Origin: Elusimicrobiota bacterium
GTDB lineage: Bacteria > Elusimicrobiota > Elusimicrobia > UBA1565
NCBI GenBank assembly: GCA_043819795.1
Contig: JBDREN010000214.1
Location: 1-34,266, forward strand
DNA: 34,266 nucleotides
Direction: 5' to 3'
Below, in pieces: positions 33,533-34,266 of the stretch. Position numbers and translations under genes: made by a program. How positions within the stretch are numbered: position 1 is the stretch's first letter; every line of letters begins with the position of its first letter. The notes beneath the pieces are model-generated. The model did no database searches and was not told the origin of the DNA. It saw only the letters and a program-made list of their open reading frames with translations.

Positions 33533-33918
33533 TCCGGGGCTTCCGGGCCGGACGTCCCGTATTTCCGGCGGCTTCGTCCGCGGCGCCGGGCCTTGCGCTT
33601 TCGGACGCGCTCCGTTTCTTTGACCCGAGTGGAGGTCGCCGGCGCCGCCCGCGTCTCGATGCGCTCCACCAGCTCGCGCAAGGCGAGGAATCGGTTGACG
33701 CTGCGGCGCCGGTCTTTCTGACAGCGGATCGTGAGGCCCAGGGGCGGGTAGCGCAGCTGGACGCAGTTGGCGGTCTTGTTGATCTTCTGGCCGCCCTTCC
33801 CCCCTCCCCGGACGAACGTCTCCTGGACGGCCGCAAGGTCCAGGCCGACGCGCTCGATTCGGGCGCGCAGGTCCCGGATCTTGCCTTCGGACACGGCGAA
33901 GCGCTCGTTGAGGTCCAT
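33508..33918 (-). CDS. RF-1 domain peptidyl-tRNA hydrolase (ArfB/C12orf65-like ribosome rescue factor)
   Basis: ETFVRGGGKGGQKINKT GGQ motif, CQKDR..SVNR, basic C-terminal tail; no codon-recognition domain. Confidence 0.88.
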   Translation of the reverse strand: MDLNERFAVSEGKIRDLRARIERVGLDLAAVQETFVRGGGKGGQKINKTANCVQLRYPPLGLTIRCQKDRRRSVNRFLALRELVERIETRAAPATSTRVKETERVRKRKARRRGRSRRKYGTSGPEAPDQPEGGAG

Positions 33919-34022
33919 AGAGAGTGGTCCGACGTCGGATAAGGATCCGGCGAGATATTATAGCGGACTCGACCCCAAAACCCGGCGGCCCGAGCGCCGC
34001 GGGGCAAGCCTGCGGCGCTGGC

Positions 34023-34051
34023 TTGACTTATCAGCGGAGCGGGGTTATCCT
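34023..34051 (+). promoter_or_regulatory. sigma70-type promoter
   Basis: TTGACT-N17-TATCCT, about 90 nt upstream of ATG 34143. Confidence 0.6.
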
Positions 34052-34142
34052 GAGGCGACGACTGCATTCGACCCATAACGACGCTCCGGCCGACGGGCTG
34101 TCTTCCCTGGAGCCCGGCCGGAGACGCCGAGGAGAACCCACG

Positions 34143-34266
34143 ATGAAGGCGAGAAGCTTCCTTTTTAGCATGATCCTGGCCGCGGCGGGCCTGAGTCTGG
34201 CCTTGGCGCCAAGCGCCCGGGCCGCGGATTCCGACGGCGACGGGATCGAGGACGCGGCCGACAATT
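34143..34266 (+). CDS. Secreted thrombospondin type-3-repeat-like protein (5' part, runs off the window)
   Basis: Not in the ORF track; AGGAG RBS; translates as MKARSFLFSMILAAAGLSLALAPSARA-ADSDGDGIEDAADN, a signal peptide plus a DxDxDG Ca-binding repeat. Confidence 0.75.
   Translation, partial: MKARSFLFSMILAAAGLSLALAPSARAADSDGDGIEDAADN

Overview
GC-rich, gene-dense bacterial chromosomal window with about 27 plausible CDSs. I found no rRNA, tRNA, CRISPR array or transposase. The gene content resembles Elusimicrobiota metagenomes, which is an inference. Housekeeping genes are yggU, yggS, the CIRCE-regulated groES-groEL operon, metF, a ClpS-like adaptor and a GGQ ribosome-rescue-like factor. 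Transport and envelope genes are a TPAT-type TRAP operon (tatT-dctP-dctQ-dctM, LOG, TPR), an Omp85 + AsmA pair, a cyclopropane-synthase-like methyltransferase, a giant TPR protein and a secreted subtilase. Two loci stand out. (1) A four-gene minus-strand operon (8481->3531) is headed by an apparent FliF(ring motif)-FliG(M+C) fusion with eroded rotor motifs and no other flagellar genes nearby. It is followed by a TPR lipoprotein, a coiled-coil protein and a GYF_2-like/coiled-coil protein, and is a candidate non-flagellar envelope ring machine. (2) A translationally coupled array (28639->33532) of receptor-like TPR-TM-Ser/Thr kinases comprises a 70-aa kinase-tail remnant, an intact kinase and a pseudokinase. 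All family assignments come from reading motifs by eye; no database searches were run.
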